Source: Piromyces finnis finn | Taxonomy: Eukaryota; Fungi; Neocallimastigomycota | Length of the DNA stretch: 64,000 nucleotides | Reading direction: 5' to 3' | Assembly (NCBI GenBank): GCA_002104945.1 | Contig: MCFH01000013.1 | Coordinates: 248,001 to 312,000 of the forward strand | Position numbers and translations under genes: made by a program | Shown: piece by piece, positions 55,149 through 64,000 of the stretch | How positions within the stretch are numbered: the stretch's first letter is position 1 | How the letters are laid out: each line of letters starts with the position of its first letter | Notes under the pieces: generated by a model | Databases searched by the model: none | The model's input: the letters and a program-made list of their open reading frames with translations, nothing else | Told to the model about the DNA's origin: nothing

Positions 55149-55342
55149 TAATAAAAAGAAATCAGAAATATATAAAACAATATCTATAATAATAAATTTA
55201 TTTATCAAAAATTCATTGGTATATAGACCACAACAAAATAATATAGTAAAACAAGTAATCCTATAATAATTATTTAATATTCAACAAAGAGAAAAAAAAA
55301 AAAAAGAGTAATACTATAACAATTATTTAATATCAAAAGTCA

Positions 55343-58656
<3,314 letters not shown>

Positions 58657-59612
58657 ATACCCTCTTCCCCTTCTAAATTTACCAACACACCCAACTTTAT
58701 TAAAAATAAATCTGTATTTGCCATTCCCATTCCTTCAACATTTTTTTTTAAAAAAAAAATATATATATATATATACCTCTCTTTTTATTTATTATGTATT
58801 TATTATCAGCGTATAAAATATATACTTACCCCCCCCCCCTCAAAAAAAAAGGGAAAAATCATACTTATCTACCTACGAATATTAAATGGTACACCTATAA
58901 AAACTCTTTTTAAGTTTTTAAAAAAAATACATAGATTCATATACATATACATACATACATAAATATTCACTTTAAAACTGAAAAAAAAATAATATACATC
59001 TATCATCATCTGTATTTACAATAGAAAAAAAAAAAGTGATTATTTATATCTATCTATAATGAATAAAAAATAAAAAAATAAAAAATAAAAAAAAAAAAAT
59101 CAATAGAAAAAATTTATAAAACATTAGCAATAACCATTAAAAACAAATCAATTTATAGTTAATGTTAATCGTTAAAACTAATCCTATCTGATAACTATTT
59201 AAAAGAAAACAACAACAACAGAAAAAAAAAAAAAAAAAAATTAAATTAAATTAAAAAGCAAAACTAAATAAAAAATAAAAATAAAAAAAATTAAAAATAA
59301 ATCATTTTAATATTATTATTAATATTTTTTATTGTGTGTGTGTGTGTGTATTTTTTATTTGTTTGTTTATTCATAATACAATTTCTATAGGCATCGTTAA
59401 ATATTGAAATATATATATATATATTTCCCACCCCATCATACACTATCTTTTATTATTTATATTACCCATTTTTATAGCTGTAATTTTTTCAGTAATAGGT
59501 TTTGGTTTAATTCTCCATAAAGCTTATATATATATTAATAATAAAAAAAAAAAAAATTAATTTAAAATTTATGAAATTTAATTTTACAATATTAAAAAGG
59601 TTAAATTATAAA

Positions 59613-59667
<55 letters not shown>

Positions 59668-59692
59668 TATATATATATATATATATATATTT

Positions 59693-61670
59693 TCATGATA
59701 GTATGGTGTAATCCCCTTTACCATGATAATTTGTATTGACTAGAGGTGGAGGTGAAGGTGGTCTTGATTTACAAGTATTTTTTTGATTTTTATCTAAATC
59801 TTTGAATAGTGTCATTGGTATATTCTTTTTTATCATGGAGATAGGTATATTATTTAAAAAAAAAAAAAAAATTAAGGATATAATAAATAGAATAGAATAA
59901 TTTAATATATATACACATTATATATGAAAATAAAAAAAAAAAAAAAGTTAAAATAAAAAGGATATCAAAAGGATCTGTAATAGGTTGATGTTTTTTTAAA
60001 TCTGAATAATACGTTATTCTTTCAAATTTCTTTTCAGAATTTTGGGTATAAGAAGATTTTGAAGAAGTTGAAGAGATGGAGAGTTGAGAAGGTGAACGAG
60101 AAGGAGGAGGTGAAGGAAGATGACTGGTATTTAGATGAATTAAATTTTTTTGTGATGATTTAGAAGAAGAAGTAGAGGTAGAAGAGAATTGGGAAGGAGA
60201 ACGAGAATGTCTAATATTCATTCCATCATAAGAATTTATTGATTTCTTGGTAGGTATTGGTAAAGAATGACCATTATACCTATTAATATCATAAGATTTG
60301 AATTCATAATCCATGGGTATGAATGACCTAGTTATTTTATGGATATTTTTTTTTTCATTTTCTAATTTATTCGTTATTTTTTCTTTAATTTCTTTAGGTA
60401 TTTCACCAATAATATATTCAGGATAGTCTCTTACGATAGCTACAATACCTTTTAAAATATTCATCATAGATATAGTAGATAGGTAGGTTAGCATAAAAAT
60501 TTGAATGATTAATCCCTATTAAAAATTTAAAAACTAAAATAGTATAATAAATTATAAATTACCACCAGAAAGCATAAAACAATTTTGAATATTTCTTTCT
60601 AATAAACCTTGAGCAACTTTTTGTGCTAATCTATATAATAATATGGAATAATAATAAAAAAAAAAAAAAAAAAAGAAAACCAAAAAAGAATATGAATAAA
60701 AAACCTCAAAGTCTACTATATGTATATATATATTTACAAGTGTAAAAACTTTTATATAAAAACTTTTTTACCTTTCATTTTCATCATATATTATTATTAA
60801 TCTATCCTTTTTATTTTTATATTTTAAAATTTCATTAGAATATTGATTTGCTCCACGAAATAAAAAAGTATGAGGATAATTAATGGCTATTATTTATTGA
60901 TAATAATATTTTTTTATATTTTTATTCCATTCCTATTAAAAACTTTTTTTTTAATAATAATAATTGAATTAATATTTAAACCCTTACCTCCTTTTATATG
61001 ACTAATATTTGTATATATAAAAAAAAGATTATTGAAAATTTTTTTTATAATAAAAAATATATAATATTTTTAGTAACCAACTTCTTTTTAAAAAAAATTT
61101 TTTATAGCTACGGTAACATAGCCTTTTTTTTTTTTTTTGAAGAAACATACCACAATTTGTATTCTTGATAACCTCTAACGTCTAAGAGTAATATAGGATT
61201 TTCAAAATTTTCTTTATTTATGGTATCTTTAGTCATATAACTATTTAATTGCTCAATGACTAAATGAATATCTTCCATTATTGAAATTAATGATTTTACT
61301 TTAATTCTTTTAAAACCCTCATTCTCCTTAATTAACATATCTTTATATATATACATATAAATTTTAATATTTTAACTGCTTTTTTTTATTTTTGTGTTTA
61401 AATTTAATATTCTTATTATATATATATGTCTTTTTTTTTTACCTTTAAATTTTTCTCTTAGGTATATTGCATAGTTACTTTTAGAACAGCCTGTATCTAT
61501 CACTGGCCTAAAGTATCATTAAAATAATAATAGTTTTTTTTTTTTTTAGAAATTCCATTTATCTATTGTCTTTTGTTAATCGTATTATCAATTCAATTAT
61601 TAGAAAGAAAATTAACCTATAAAAAAGTAATACCATAATACCTTATATTTTTATATTTGTTCTTTAACAT
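59693..61670 (-). CDS. CEP41: Centrosomal protein 41 (CEP41/TSGA14) homolog, rhodanese-like domain, multi-exon; both ends uncertain
   Basis: Spliced NKYKNIRPVIDTG, EGFKRIKVKSL, PILLLDVRGYQEYKLCHIKGAINYP..NQYSNEILKYKNKKDRLIIIYDDENERLAQKVAQGLLERNIQNCFMLSGG follow CEP41 (YQHIKSRLDTG; FKRLKV; FLLLDVRD..CHIVGAYSYP..NPYSNDILEYKN..IILYDDDER..FENLFMLSGG). The 3' splicing beyond about 60010 and the true ATG are not resolved. Confidence 0.85.
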
Positions 61671-62909
61671 TGATTTTTGTGGATGATTTAACTTTTTTTG
61701 ATATTTTAAAGTTTCAATATAGTTGAAATTGTTATTTTTTATATTTATTGAATAGAAAGCAACAAAGAATAAAGATATTCTTTTTTATCTATATTTAAGC
61801 TAATGCTCAACAATTTAAAGTTTCAATATTTTTGGCACTCTATTCATACCTAATAAAAATTAATTTTCTTTGTGAGTTAATTTTTTATTAATTTATTTCT
61901 ACTTTTTTTTATATATAATTTTTTTTTAATTAATTATAAAGTTTAATTTATTTTATATTTTTTTGTGTGTAAAAAAAAAAAAAATATTAAATTTTAAATT
62001 TAATAAAAAAAAAAAAACTCATTATAGATAAATGGATATTAAAAGAAAATAAATGCCTTTTTTTCATTTTCATCCTTTATGAATTGTTAAAAGAGATAAT
62101 AAAAAAATTTTTTTATTTTCTTTTGATAAGGAATGCAATTATGTTGTCTTTTTTTTTAAATATACAACATTGAAAAGGAGAGATCATTGGTGTATTCTAC
62201 ACAATATCTATTTAAAACTACATTTTTTAAACTTTTTTTTAAATATATATTTATTAACTTTTATAATAAAATGAATATATTCCAATTAATTTAATATTAT
62301 TTCTCTTATTACGAAAAAAAAAAAAACTTAAACTACTCTATATCCTTAGCCTAAATACTTTTCTCTAATTTTATTTTATCATTCAGGATACGTAAGATGC
62401 ATAGAATTAATGTTAAATAAAAAATTAAAAAATGAAATCTACTGGAATGAAATTAATTCTTTACATCAAAAGAAATAAATAAAAAAAAAAGGCATCATCA
62501 CCTTTTTTTTTATCTATATAAATAAAAGTATAGAATATAATTTTAATATTTAATTAATGCATTGGTATGGTGTTGAAGAAAATCTTGTCAATGCATGCAT
62601 GCATCTTATTATTTTTTTTAATCTATTCACTTTAAAAAAAATACGCCATTTTGTTATTATTATAAAAAAAATTTTTTTAAAAATGTTTTTTTTTTTTTCT
62701 TATTTTCAGGGTGATGGGCCAGTGAAAATGAAAAAAAATTCAATTCTAATTTAGGAAGTTGCGGTATTTTTTTTAAAAGAAAAATAGCAAAAAAAATTTT
62801 TATTTTCTGTTTAAAAAAATATTGCCGCTAAATGACAATAATAATAAGAGGTAGAAAAAAAAATATAATAATAACATAATAGTAGTAGTATAACATATAA
62901 TACTAATAC

Positions 62910-62979
<70 letters not shown>

Positions 62980-62980
62980 T
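62910..62980 (+). repeat. (AAT)n microsatellite
   Basis: Perfect trinucleotide run; source of the poly-Tyr ORF 62909..63136. Confidence 0.9.
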
Positions 62981-64000
62981 AGAGTAATAATAACATAGTA
63001 GTATTAGTACGAAATAATATAAAAATAATAGAAAGCAAATAAAAACATCTTCAAAACATAGTTTTATATTGTAATACATTGTAATTAAATGTATACAAGT
63101 CGCATGGATAATTTGTTTGTTTTTTTCTGTTTTCATTTTTTGTTATGAGAATAAATTTAATAAGAATTAAAGTTTTAATCTAATATTGTATATTTTAATA
63201 TATTATTAATATATCATTAATTTATTTATAATATTACTCATCTATTTATTATTCATTTGTTGTGTCACATTAAAAATTAGAATTCGCACCAAGAGAAATT
63301 TTATTTATATTTACTACCAGTCAGCATTGCTATCACAAAAGAATCATTGGTGGTTATGAATAGTGGTAGGTAAATAAGAATAAAATAAAATAGAAGAACC
63401 TGACATGGCATTCTAATAATTTTTATTTTTCTTTCCATTAATCAAAATCTTTTGTATTTCTGCTTGAAAATAAAAAAATGAATTCTTTTTCTAGATATCA
63501 ATTGTTGATGAAAATTATCTTTTAATGTATTACAAATGAGTTTAAAAGATTTACCTTTTGACAAAAGTAATGATTCATCATTAATAAAATTACTTTTATT
63601 TCTCTTATCCTTTTTTATTTTAGATTTCTTAAAATAAACCAGTCATTTTAAATACTTAACTACATTATGTATTACATTTTATTACATATAGAAATTAAAT
63701 GTAGAACAAGAAAAAGGAATTGGTTTTTATATTAATTAAATTAATACGACAGAATTAATACAATTTATCACAACACCACCACCACCACCACCAACAACAA
63801 TAATAAATGATCTTTTATAACAGAATATAATATTATTCATATTAAATATTTATGTTTTTTTTTATTTAAATAGATTATTATTCATTTTAATATTAATTAT
63901 GTTTATTACTTCTAAAAAATAAAGCGGCGGTCATTTTTTTAATATTACATGTTACTTATTTGATCCATTCGTATTATGAATAGGAATAAAAATGTAATCT

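Noticed and set aside
63310-63640. Open minus-strand stretch and CDSNADW resembling the copia RNase H motif DADW
   Set aside because: The flanking copia residues are absent, there is no ATG, and no LTRs were seen.

Overview
Extremely AT-rich, intron-rich eukaryotic DNA with long homopolymer runs and microsatellites. Composition, GT-AG introns and a flagellar gene (CEP41) are most consistent with an anaerobic gut fungus (Neocallimastigomycota); this is an inference. The window opens inside the 3' end of a polyketide-synthase-type gene carrying at least six tandem ACP domains, five of them near-identical, with no terminal release domain. Then follow a charged helical protein ending in a CaaX box, an F-box/WD40 protein, a LIM + RapGAP protein, a DHHC palmitoyltransferase, a vinculin/alpha-catenin-family protein, a frameshifted DEDDh (Gfd2/YDR514C-like) nuclease, a small Cys-rich secreted GPI-type protein, two intronless ankyrin genes, a heavily deleted cytosolic HSP70 pseudogene, PFS2/WDR33 with an N/M/G-rich tail, an unknown coiled-coil protein and CEP41. 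I recognised no rRNA, tRNA, CRISPR array or intact transposon. Family calls come from recognising motifs by eye, not from database searches. Exon boundaries were traced by hand.
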